Positions 18,869 to 26,600 of a DNA stretch of 64,000 nt are shown piece by piece. Each line of letters begins with the position of its first letter. The first letter of the stretch is position 1. The notes beneath the pieces were generated by a model. That model was not told the origin of the DNA and did not search any database. It saw only the letters and a list, made by a program, of their open reading frames with translations. The stretch comes from Rhodothermia bacterium. GTDB lineage: Bacteria; Bacteroidota; Rhodothermia; Rhodothermales; JAAAOL01. The translations under genes were made by a program, and so were the position numbers. The stretch lies in contig JAUIDY010000017.1 of the NCBI GenBank assembly GCA_030428385.1, positions 48-64,047 on the forward strand, in the 5' to 3' direction.

Positions 18869-18991
18869 GGTTGCCGGTTGTTTGGGGGCTATCGGCGGTC
18901 AGCTATCGGCTATTTTGTGCACAGGGCATGGCCCCGCCCCAGCCTTTGGGCCGGGCACCCTCACGTTTCACGTTTTACGCTTCACGAGCCC

Positions 18992-19720
18992 ATGACCACC
19001 AAGCATTTTCCTCCCATCGGCGAGGCCGCAGGCAAGAAACAGGAAGTTGAGCAGATGTTCGACGCCATCGCGCCGAAGTACGACCTGCTGAACCGGGTGC
19101 TGAGCATGGGCATCGACCAGCAATGGCGCAAAAAGGCGGTGCGGCTCCTGCAACCGGAAAAGCCGCAACACATCCTCGACGTGGCGACGGGCACCGCCGA
19201 CCTGGCGCTGCAAGCGATGACGCTAGAGCCGCAGCACGTCACGGGCGTAGACATCGCCGAAGAAATGCTGGCCGTCGGAAGGGAAAAAATCGCGGCCCAA
19301 AACCTCACGGACCGCATCACGCTCCAACGCGGTGATGCCGAAAACCTGCCGTTCGACGATGCCTCGTTCGATGCCGTGCTGGTGGCCTTTGGTGTCCGCA
19401 ATTTTCAAGACCTGGATGCGGGACTTCGCGAGATGCACCGTGTGCTGCGTCCCGGCGGCGTGTTGGTAGTGCTGGAGTTTAGCAAACCACGGGCGTTTCC
19501 CATCAAGCAAGGCTACAACTTCTATTCGCGCCACATCCTGCCGCGCATCGGACGCGCCGTTTCCAAGGACAGCGGGGCGTATGAATACCTGCCTGCGTCC
19601 GTCGCTGCCTTCCCCGACGGCGAAGACTTCCTCATGCGCATGCGCGCTGCGGGCTACCATGACCTCTCGCAGCAGCCGCTCACGTTCGGCATCGCCTCGC
19701 TGTATAAAGGCCGGGCGTAA
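18992..19720 (+). CDS. ubiE: Demethylmenaquinone / ubiquinone C-methyltransferase (UbiE/MenG)
   Basis: VEQMFDAIAPKYDLLNRVLSMGIDQQWRK, ILDVATGTADLA and VLRPGGVLVVLEFSKP. ATG at 18992. Confidence 0.9.
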   Translation: MTTKHFPPIGEAAGKKQEVEQMFDAIAPKYDLLNRVLSMGIDQQWRKKAVRLLQPEKPQHILDVATGTADLALQAMTLEPQHVTGVDIAEEMLAVGREKIAAQNLTDRITLQRGDAENLPFDDASFDAVLVAFGVRNFQDLDAGLREMHRVLRPGGVLVVLEFSKPRAFPIKQGYNFYSRHILPRIGRAVSKDSGAYEYLPASVAAFPDGEDFLMRMRAAGYHDLSQQPLTFGIASLYKGRA

Positions 19721-19754
19721 AGAACAAGCGAGGGCGTTTCCTTTTCCCCCATGT

Positions 19755-19781
19755 GTCATTCCGAACTTGATTCGGGATGAC
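19755..19781. repeat. Minimal copy (E) of the nested-hairpin element: GTCATTCCGAA-CTTGA-TTCGGGATGAC
   Basis: Shares its termini with copies A-D but lacks the internal part. Confidence 0.5.
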
Positions 19782-20113
19782 GAGGTGGAAACGTTGTTTG
19801 GTGGATCAAAGGTCGGGCGAAATACCGCTTCTGAAAAAAGCAGGTGCAAGGTACTTAGGCCCATGATCCTCTCTGACAACACGCTCGGCTTTGCTCGCTT
19901 TGTTGTCTGTCTCTCCTAAAGACATAGGAGAGACAGATTGCTGAGGAACGAAGGTGAGGCAGCAATCGGAGAGGTTGAACCAAACGATGCCCTTCCCTTT
20001 CCTGGATCTGGTAAGGTTCGTCGTTTTTGACCTTGAGATTGCGTCGCAAGGCGGTTAGATTAAAAACACCATCAGGACACCCGACTTATTGTTTCACTTC
20101 TTTGGAGGATGCG

Positions 20114-20830
20114 ATGAAACGCTTATTCCTCGTCGGTTCTGTTGGTCTGTGGTTTGCCCTCGTCGCCCCGGTGGCCGTTGCCTGCACCTGTGTCCCGCTC
20201 CCGCAGCCGGAGCAAGCCTTTTCCGAAGCCACGCTGGTATTCTCCGGCACGGTGCTGGGCTTTAGCGACGCGGACAGCACCGACTTTATGATGTTTGTTA
20301 ACTTCGATGTGCGCCGCGTGTGGAAAGGCCCCGCAAACGGACACCAGGAGGTGCAAACGGCGGGATATGAAGGCGTGCCCAACACCGCCGCGTGTGGCTA
20401 TCCGTTTCAGGTGGGCGAGACGTACCTCGTATACGCCCACGCCTACGGCCCCGACGGCGAAATCGAAGCCTCGTCGTGTACCCGTACCCGCCTGGTGGCC
20501 GATGCCAGCGAAGACCTGGCATTTCTGGGCGAAGGCACGACGGTAAACACCGAATCGCCTGAACTCCCGCTCGTCTCGTCGCTGGGCAATTACCCCAATC
20601 CTTTTGCCCGCACCACCACGGTTTCCTTCACCCTCGAAGCCTCTACTGCTGTCATGCTGAACGTGTATGATCTTGCGGGGCGATTGGTTAAGCAGAGGGA
20701 TCTTGGTGTTCGCAACGCCGGGACCTATGCCGAACCGCTCGACCTAGGCACGCAGGCCGCAGGCATCTACTGGTACGAAATCCAAACTGGCACCTCGGCT
20801 ACCCGTCAACCGCTGCTGCTGGTGCGATAA
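20114..20830 (+). CDS. Secreted TIMP/NTR-like domain protein with T9SS C-terminal sorting domain
   Basis: ATG at 20114 preceded by GGAGGA. Signal peptide ends AVA|CTCVPLPQPEQAFSEATLVFSGTVLG. Cys at mature positions 1, 3, 71 and 99. The C-terminus has NYPNPFARTTTVSF...GIYWYEIQT...LLLVR. Confidence 0.75.
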   Translation: MKRLFLVGSVGLWFALVAPVAVACTCVPLPQPEQAFSEATLVFSGTVLGFSDADSTDFMMFVNFDVRRVWKGPANGHQEVQTAGYEGVPNTAACGYPFQVGETYLVYAHAYGPDGEIEASSCTRTRLVADASEDLAFLGEGTTVNTESPELPLVSSLGNYPNPFARTTTVSFTLEASTAVMLNVYDLAGRLVKQRDLGVRNAGTYAEPLDLGTQAAGIYWYEIQTGTSATRQPLLLVR

Positions 20831-20837
20831 ACAAAAA

Positions 20838-20870
20838 GGGCGGCTTGCGTTGGTGGCAAGCCGCCCTTTT
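20838..20870. terminator. Bidirectional rho-independent terminator between convergent genes
   Basis: Perfect 11-bp stem GGGCGGCTTGC / GCAAGCCGCCC flanked by AAAAA upstream and TTTT downstream. Confidence 0.75.
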
Positions 20871-20876
20871 CCCTTT

Positions 20877-21158
20877 CTAATCGTCCGCCCCATAATCCTT
20901 TAGGATCTTCTTGGCGCGGGCCTCGCCGATCTGGTTAATCAGCTTTTTGGCCTCGTGGTCGTCGCGCAACGTTTTGGACAGCGTGATGGACGAGCCGACG
21001 CAAAACAGCAACCCCATCCCCATGTAGCCTTTCACCCACAGCACCGTCGGCAGCATGGCGATCCCCGCTGCCATGGCACCGACCGACAGCAAAAACGCGG
21101 CTTTGACGTAGAACAGCCATGCAGAAGAATCGCGCTGAATCCCTTGTTCGTGGTTCAT
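20877..21158 (-). CDS. YiaA/YiaB-type two-helix inner membrane protein
   Basis: 93 aa. WVKGYMGMGLLFCVGSSITLSKTLRDDHEAKKL resembles the E. coli YiaA repeat [28 protein letters not shown]. Confidence 0.7.
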   Translation of the reverse strand: MNHEQGIQRDSSAWLFYVKAAFLLSVGAMAAGIAMLPTVLWVKGYMGMGLLFCVGSSITLSKTLRDDHEAKKLINQIGEARAKKILKDYGADD

Positions 21159-21190
21159 GATGACACCTATCGCTGGTTGTAACTATCAAT

Positions 21191-21232
21191 GTTGACAACG
21201 TCAACTTAAATTCCATTGTTGACATTGTCAAC
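21191..21232. promoter_or_regulatory. Two 15-bp palindromes (GTTGACAACGTCAAC, GTTGACATTGTCAAC): candidate TetR operators in a divergent promoter region
   Basis: Palindromes at 21191-21205 and 21218-21232, 27 bp centre to centre, in the 94-bp gap between the yiaAB-like gene (minus strand) and the TetR gene (plus strand). Confidence 0.6.
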
Positions 21233-21252
21233 ATAGGTGGCGATTTTTTTCT

Positions 21253-21855
21253 ATGGCTCCTTCTAAAACGACCTATCACCACGGCGATTTACGGGCGGCG
21301 CTGCTGCAAGAAGCCGCTGCCCTCATCGAAGAAAACGGCACCGAGGCGGTGACGATGCGGGCGCTGAGCGAGCGCGTCGGGGTTTCGCGGACGGCGGCGT
21401 ATCGACATTTTGCGAACAAGACGGACCTGTTGGGCGCAGTGGCCGCCGAAGGATTCCGGGAGTTGCGCGAACGGCTACACCGGGTTAACACTCCCTCGGC
21501 GGCGAATCCAGAAGATGGCTTTGTCGCGATGGCCCAGGCCTACGTGCAATTTGCTGTGGGGCACCCCGCCTACTACCGGCTGATGTACGGGCGCGACGCG
21601 CTGCAACGCGATCAGTACCCCGACTTGCATGCCGCTGCGAACGCGATCTATGACGAGTTGGTCACGCTCATCGTCACCTACCAGCAGCAGGGCTTACTCA
21701 AACCCGGCGATGCCAAACCGCTCGCGTACGTCGCGTGGAGTCTCGTGCATGGCCTCGCCGCGCTGATCATCGACCGGCAGATGGAAACCCCGCCTGACGT
21801 GGATGCCCTCGCTCAACTCGCGCTCCACACGTTGCTTCAAGGACTGCTACGCTGA
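21253..21855 (+). CDS. TetR/AcrR family transcriptional regulator
   Basis: N-terminal HTH TMRALSERVGVSRTAAYRHFANKTDLL. Confidence 0.88.
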   Translation: MAPSKTTYHHGDLRAALLQEAAALIEENGTEAVTMRALSERVGVSRTAAYRHFANKTDLLGAVAAEGFRELRERLHRVNTPSAANPEDGFVAMAQAYVQFAVGHPAYYRLMYGRDALQRDQYPDLHAAANAIYDELVTLIVTYQQQGLLKPGDAKPLAYVAWSLVHGLAALIIDRQMETPPDVDALAQLALHTLLQGLLR

Positions 21856-21859
21856 CGCC

Positions 21860-23239
21860 CTACCGTACCCGGATTAAGAACTGCGACTCGCGGATGCTAC
21901 CCGTTTCGAGGCCGTAGACGTACACCCCTGCCGGAAGACCCGCCGCGTCCAGCTGGTACTGGTACGTGCCCGTCGGCATCGAGGCATTCACCAGCGTGGC
22001 GACTTCCTGCCCGAGCAGGTTAAACAGCCGTAGCCGCACCGGCCCCGGTTCCTGCACCTCGTAGGTGATGGTGGTCTGCGTGCGCACCGGGTTGGGATAG
22101 CTGGCGTGGAGCAACGCCGGGCGTGGGAGTTCGGCTTCTTCGGTTGCCGTCACCACCGCAGGCTGCGTGGAGCGGTACAACGCATCGGGATAAAATCCGA
22201 TGTAGGCATAGCCGTCGGCGTCTATTTCCAACGCCATAGGTCTTAAATCTACTTCCAAAGCGGGGCCTACATCGTGCCAGGTATCACCGCCATCTTCCGA
22301 ATAAATGATCTGAATGCTCCCGCCCTCACGAATAGCCGTAAACACCTTTCCGTTGGAGACCGTCCAGGCTCGGGGAACCCTTTCTTGACACTCCAGAGAG
22401 CAGGGAAACAATCCGTTGATGCGTTCCCACGTCTCGCCGTTGTCTCTGGACCGAAACGTTCCATACCCTGCTGTCGCACTGGTTTTGGGCGCGGCAGCAC
22501 CACCGGTCAGAAACAAGCTATAAAACAGGGTACCAGTCCCATCAATGACAAGATCGGCAGGCCAATTCTCATCGGGGGATTGCTCTTCTTGTGTGGGCAG
22601 GCCGTCATCAAAGCGGGTCCAACTACCGCCTTGATCCTGGGTGCGGTACACAAATGCCCAACCCAAGGTCGCTGCCATGATGCCGCCGTTCTGCGTCATC
22701 GTGAGGCGATACCCTGCAACCTCATATTCATGCTCTCCCACTACTTCGATGGGGCTCACGGTTTCCCACGCCTCATCTCCCTGACGATAACGGTTTATGC
22801 CGAGTTCGCTTCCCACAAAAAGCGCCTCTTCTTCCTCACTGTAGATCATGTCTGATGGGGACGCCCCAGAGCGCCGTGGACCATAATTTTCCCATGTCTC
22901 GCCATTCGCGGAATAAAAAACATGATCCCAATACGTAGCCCACACCCGACCATCTGGCATTGCAAATAAGGCATATATCTTTCGCTGCCCTCGGTCGTCA
23001 GGTAAAGCTACCACATCCCACGTTTCGCCATGATCACGTGACTCATAAAGGCCTCTCCACGTCCCCGCATAGACCCTGCCATCCGGGACTGACGCGAACA
23101 GGACATTCGGAACCCATGCATTTTCGATTGCTTGGATGTCTACGCCCACCACCTTTTCCCAATAATCTGTCGCCGGTTGTCCCATGGCAGCGGTCGCCAA
23201 CAGGCATCCCAGCACCAACACATATCCGCTTCTTTTCAT
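21860..23239 (-). CDS. Secreted BNR/Asp-box beta-propeller protein (sialidase/Ycf48-like fold) with T9SS C-terminal sorting domain
   Basis: ATG at 23239 (MKRSGYVLVLGCLLATAAMGQ). Asp-box repeats SRDHGETW, TQDQGGSW, SRDNGETW and SEDGGDTW. C-terminus SYPNPVRTQTTITY...GVYVYGLET...LIRVR. Confidence 0.75.
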   Translation of the reverse strand: MKRSGYVLVLGCLLATAAMGQPATDYWEKVVGVDIQAIENAWVPNVLFASVPDGRVYAGTWRGLYESRDHGETWDVVALPDDRGQRKIYALFAMPDGRVWATYWDHVFYSANGETWENYGPRRSGASPSDMIYSEEEEALFVGSELGINRYRQGDEAWETVSPIEVVGEHEYEVAGYRLTMTQNGGIMAATLGWAFVYRTQDQGGSWTRFDDGLPTQEEQSPDENWPADLVIDGTGTLFYSLFLTGGAAAPKTSATAGYGTFRSRDNGETWERINGLFPCSLECQERVPRAWTVSNGKVFTAIREGGSIQIIYSEDGGDTWHDVGPALEVDLRPMALEIDADGYAYIGFYPDALYRSTQPAVVTATEEAELPRPALLHASYPNPVRTQTTITYEVQEPGPVRLRLFNLLGQEVATLVNASMPTGTYQYQLDAAGLPAGVYVYGLETGSIRESQFLIRVR

Positions 23240-23327
23240 GACCAGCCCCCGATAAAGATGTGACGAGAAGCACATCCACTAACATAGAGGTTGGCAGGCT
23301 ATGAATCCAGCTACTTCGGTGTAACGA

Positions 23328-25958
23328 TTACTCGTACCGCAGCGCCTTGACGGGGTCGGTGAGGGCAGCGCGGAGGGACTGGTAGCTGACGGTGAGCAGC
23401 GTAATCAGCAGCACAATGCCGCCTGCCCACACAAACGTCGCCACGCCGATGTCGATGCGGTAGGCGAAGTCGGCGAGCCAGCGGTTCATGGCGAGGTACG
23501 CCAGCGGAGCCGCAATCACAAACGCCACGCCGATGAGCTTGAGGATGTCTCTCGACAGCATCGTCACGACGGCGCTGACGGACGCGCCCAGCACCTTGCG
23601 CACGCCGATCTCTTTGGTGCGCTGCTCGGTCATAAACGACGTCAGTCCAAACAGCCCGAGGCACGCAATCAGGATGGCGAGCGCGGCGAAGTACCGAAAC
23701 ACATCGGCCAGCTTTTCCTCAGCGCGGTACAGTTGGTCGAACGTATCGCCGACGAATGCATAGCGAAACAGTTCAGCGGGGCGGCGGCGGTGAATTTCGT
23801 CTTCGAGGAATGACAACACGGCGGGGATCTGACCGCCCTGCGCCCGCACGAGCAGCATGTTGCCCACGCCGGGCCGCAGCGGAATCACCAGCGGCTCGAT
23901 CTCGGTGTGCAGCGAGGCAAAGTGGAAGTCTTCCACCACGCCCACGACGGGTCCCGCGAATCCATTCCAGTCCAGCACGCTGCCAATGGGTTCGTCGAGT
24001 TCCAGCCGGGCCACGGCGGCTTCGTTGATGAGCCACGCGTTGGTATCGGCGGGAGCGCTGCGCGAGAACGTGCGTCCTTCTACGAGGTCCACGCCCAGCG
24101 CATTGATGTAGTCATGATCCACGCCCCATGCGATGCGCATTCCCACTCCTTCCCGCTCGCCCTGGCCCACCACGTGGATGTTTTCCACGCTGTACCGCTC
24201 GCCCGGTGCATCGGCGGCCAGCGACACCTGCGAAATCCCCGGATGCCGCCGCAGTTCTTCCTTGAAAGCATCGAGGTCGGTCATGATCGTCTCTCGCAGT
24301 CCCCAACTAATACGCACGTTGATCACCTGCTCCTTGTCGAAGCCAAGCTGCGTAGTGCGGAAATACTCCAGTTGATCGCTGACAACAAAGGTGCCGACAA
24401 TCAGGAAAATGGATGTGACGAACTGAAACACCACCAGCCCCTGCCGCAGGCGACCCAGGTGCGATGTGCGGTGCGCCTCGCCGCGCAAGGCTTTGGTGGG
24501 ATCGAAGCCGGAAAGCACCAGCGCCGGATACCCGCCCGAAAGCAAGCCCGTCATCAGTAGCATGGCGGCGAGGCCGAACAATACGGTCGGATGTGCCAGC
24601 GTCGCCAGCGACAGCGTTTTGCCCGCCAGATGGTTAAACGGTCCGAGCAAGAGCCAGGTCAAGAGTAGCCCCAGTCCAAACGCCACCGTCACCATCAGCG
24701 CCGCTTCGCCGAGGAATTGCTTGATGAGTTGCCACCGCCCCGCGCCGAGGGTTTTGCGCACGCCCACCTCGCGCATCCGCGTGATGGCCCGGGCAGTGGC
24801 GAGGTTGACAAAGTTGACACACGCGATGAGTAGCACAAACAGCGCAATGGCGGACAGGATATAAACGTACGCGACGTTGCCGTTGGCCTGATACTCTTTC
24901 TCCAACCGCGAATGCAGGTGGATGTCGGTCAGCGGCTGTAATTCCAGACGGGCGTTCTCCGCCACCGGGGTATCAAAAACGCCTTCCAGATACCCATCGA
25001 GAAAAGCAGGCAGCTTGCTTTCGGCGACGGGCAAATCATCGGGCGACCGTAGCTGGACGTAGGTGTACATCCCCGCCCAGGTCCGGCTCCGCATGGCCCA
25101 TTCTGCCTGATCCAAAAACGTGCGCAGCGGAACGAGGTAATCAAACGGCAGGTGTGTGGTCGCGGGCAGGTCTTCGATGACGCCCGTCACGGTAGCTTCC
25201 AGCCAGCCCTCGTTGATCTCAATCGATTCCCCGATGGGCGACGCCGCACCGTACAGCCTGCGCGCGAGGCTTTGGGTAATCACCACGCTGCCCGAAGCAT
25301 TGAGGGCCGAACGGGGATCGCCTTCGACAAACGGCAGCGTGAATACGTCAAACACCGTGGAATCGGCAAACACCCCCGCCACCTTATCGAAGGTATTTTG
25401 CCCCGTTTTTATAATCGTGGACGTCCCCAGCGGATAGATGCGTGCCATCTCTGTGACTTCGGGGATTTCATCGCGCAGGCTCGGTCCGAGCGGTGGGGCG
25501 GTGGCTGCCCAGTGGCGGTCGATGGACATCGAAACCGCTGTGGCCCGGTACACGCGGTCGGCCTCGGTGTGATGGCGGTCGTAGCTCAGTTCGTGCTGGA
25601 CATACAGGAAAATGAGCAGGCAACACGTCAGCCCGATGGCCAGGCCGGAGGTGTTCAGAAACGCGTAGCCCACATGGCGGCGCAAGGAGCGGAGGGCAAC
25701 GGTGAGGTAGTTTTTGAGCATAACAGGACCCGTGGCGGTGATATAATCAGGGGCTTGGCGACGCAGCAAGGCGGGGCGAAACGAGCGCACCACGTCGAGC
25801 CAGAAACAGGCGTTGGCCTTCCAGCGCGGCTGGCGACACAGACGCCGGGCAAAAAGCTCATGCAGGTCGCCCTGCACCTCTTCGAGTTTGTCGGGCGCAC
25901 AGAACCATGCCAGCAGGGCATCGGCAGCGCGGGGCGGCTGGGGTAGATGTGGCTTCAT
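23328..25958 (-). CDS. MacB/FtsX-type duplicated permease with N-terminal 'permease prefix' helix; no adjacent ATPase
   Basis: ATG at 25958 overlaps the padR stop (ATGA). Prefix ADALLAWFCAPDKLEEVQGDLHELF. Two FtsX modules (MREVGVRKTLGAGRWQLI; TKEIGVRKVLGASVSAVV). Confidence 0.85.
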   Translation of the reverse strand: MKPHLPQPPRAADALLAWFCAPDKLEEVQGDLHELFARRLCRQPRWKANACFWLDVVRSFRPALLRRQAPDYITATGPVMLKNYLTVALRSLRRHVGYAFLNTSGLAIGLTCCLLIFLYVQHELSYDRHHTEADRVYRATAVSMSIDRHWAATAPPLGPSLRDEIPEVTEMARIYPLGTSTIIKTGQNTFDKVAGVFADSTVFDVFTLPFVEGDPRSALNASGSVVITQSLARRLYGAASPIGESIEINEGWLEATVTGVIEDLPATTHLPFDYLVPLRTFLDQAEWAMRSRTWAGMYTYVQLRSPDDLPVAESKLPAFLDGYLEGVFDTPVAENARLELQPLTDIHLHSRLEKEYQANGNVAYVYILSAIALFVLLIACVNFVNLATARAITRMREVGVRKTLGAGRWQLIKQFLGEAALMVTVAFGLGLLLTWLLLGPFNHLAGKTLSLATLAHPTVLFGLAAMLLMTGLLSGGYPALVLSGFDPTKALRGEAHRTSHLGRLRQGLVVFQFVTSIFLIVGTFVVSDQLEYFRTTQLGFDKEQVINVRISWGLRETIMTDLDAFKEELRRHPGISQVSLAADAPGERYSVENIHVVGQGEREGVGMRIAWGVDHDYINALGVDLVEGRTFSRSAPADTNAWLINEAAVARLELDEPIGSVLDWNGFAGPVVGVVEDFHFASLHTEIEPLVIPLRPGVGNMLLVRAQGGQIPAVLSFLEDEIHRRRPAELFRYAFVGDTFDQLYRAEEKLADVFRYFAALAILIACLGLFGLTSFMTEQRTKEIGVRKVLGASVSAVVTMLSRDILKLIGVAFVIAAPLAYLAMNRWLADFAYRIDIGVATFVWAGGIVLLITLLTVSYQSLRAALTDPVKALRYE

Positions 25959-26293
25959 GCCCGTCCTCCCCGCAACGCCGGATCGAGCACGAGGCCCCAC
26001 AGCTTGTCGCGCAGCGCCCGTGTCTCGCGAAGCGCCTGGTCACCGGCACCGGTGACCTGAAAAAGCCGCTTGCGCCGCCCGCCGCGTTCGGGCGTGGGGT
26101 CGCCCATCTCGGAGCGCAGCAGCCCCTTTTTTTCGAGCCGGTACAACGTCGCGTGTACGGCGCTGATCGACGCCTCGCGACCTGCCTCCTGTGCCAGAGC
26201 TTCCTGCACCCGCACGCCGTAGGCTTCGTCGTACAGCATGCCCACGCTGAGCAGGACCAGTTCCTCAAATTCGCCGAGGTGAGTGCCTTTCAT
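25955..26293 (-). CDS. PadR family transcriptional regulator
   Basis: LGEFEELVLLSVGMLYDEAYGVRVQEAL...SISAVHATLYRLEKKGLLRSEMG...GGRRKRLFQVT winged-helix pattern. Confidence 0.88.
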   Translation of the reverse strand: MKGTHLGEFEELVLLSVGMLYDEAYGVRVQEALAQEAGREASISAVHATLYRLEKKGLLRSEMGDPTPERGGRRKRLFQVTGAGDQALRETRALRDKLWGLVLDPALRGGRA

Positions 26294-26600
26294 ACCGCGC
26301 CCGTTCCGATGACCAATGCCACGCGCTACGGGCCGCTTCGTTTATTAGTTTCATGTTTGTAGATAAAATATCTCCTCAATGTAATTGGCCTTAGCAAAAT
26401 CGGCGTCTCGGACGCGAAGCGGAGGGAGCGACAAGCGCAACTTCCTGTTTGAGCGCAGCGCCAGCGGAGCGAGTTTGAAGTTGTGCCGCTCCCGCAGCAC
26501 AGTGTCAGCCGATTTTGGTGGAGCCTCGATCTTTTGGTTCTTTGGGATCAAGCCAAAAGAACGTCAAACAAGAGAAGCAAGCGCCTGAACCGCCCTCTGC

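Noticed and set aside
26385-26588. 67-aa ORF (MALAKSASRTRSGGSDK...) and overlapping small ORFs upstream of padR.
   Set aside because: The sequence is a long imperfect inverted repeat, and the ORFs on both strands are mirror translations of it. There is no coding signature.
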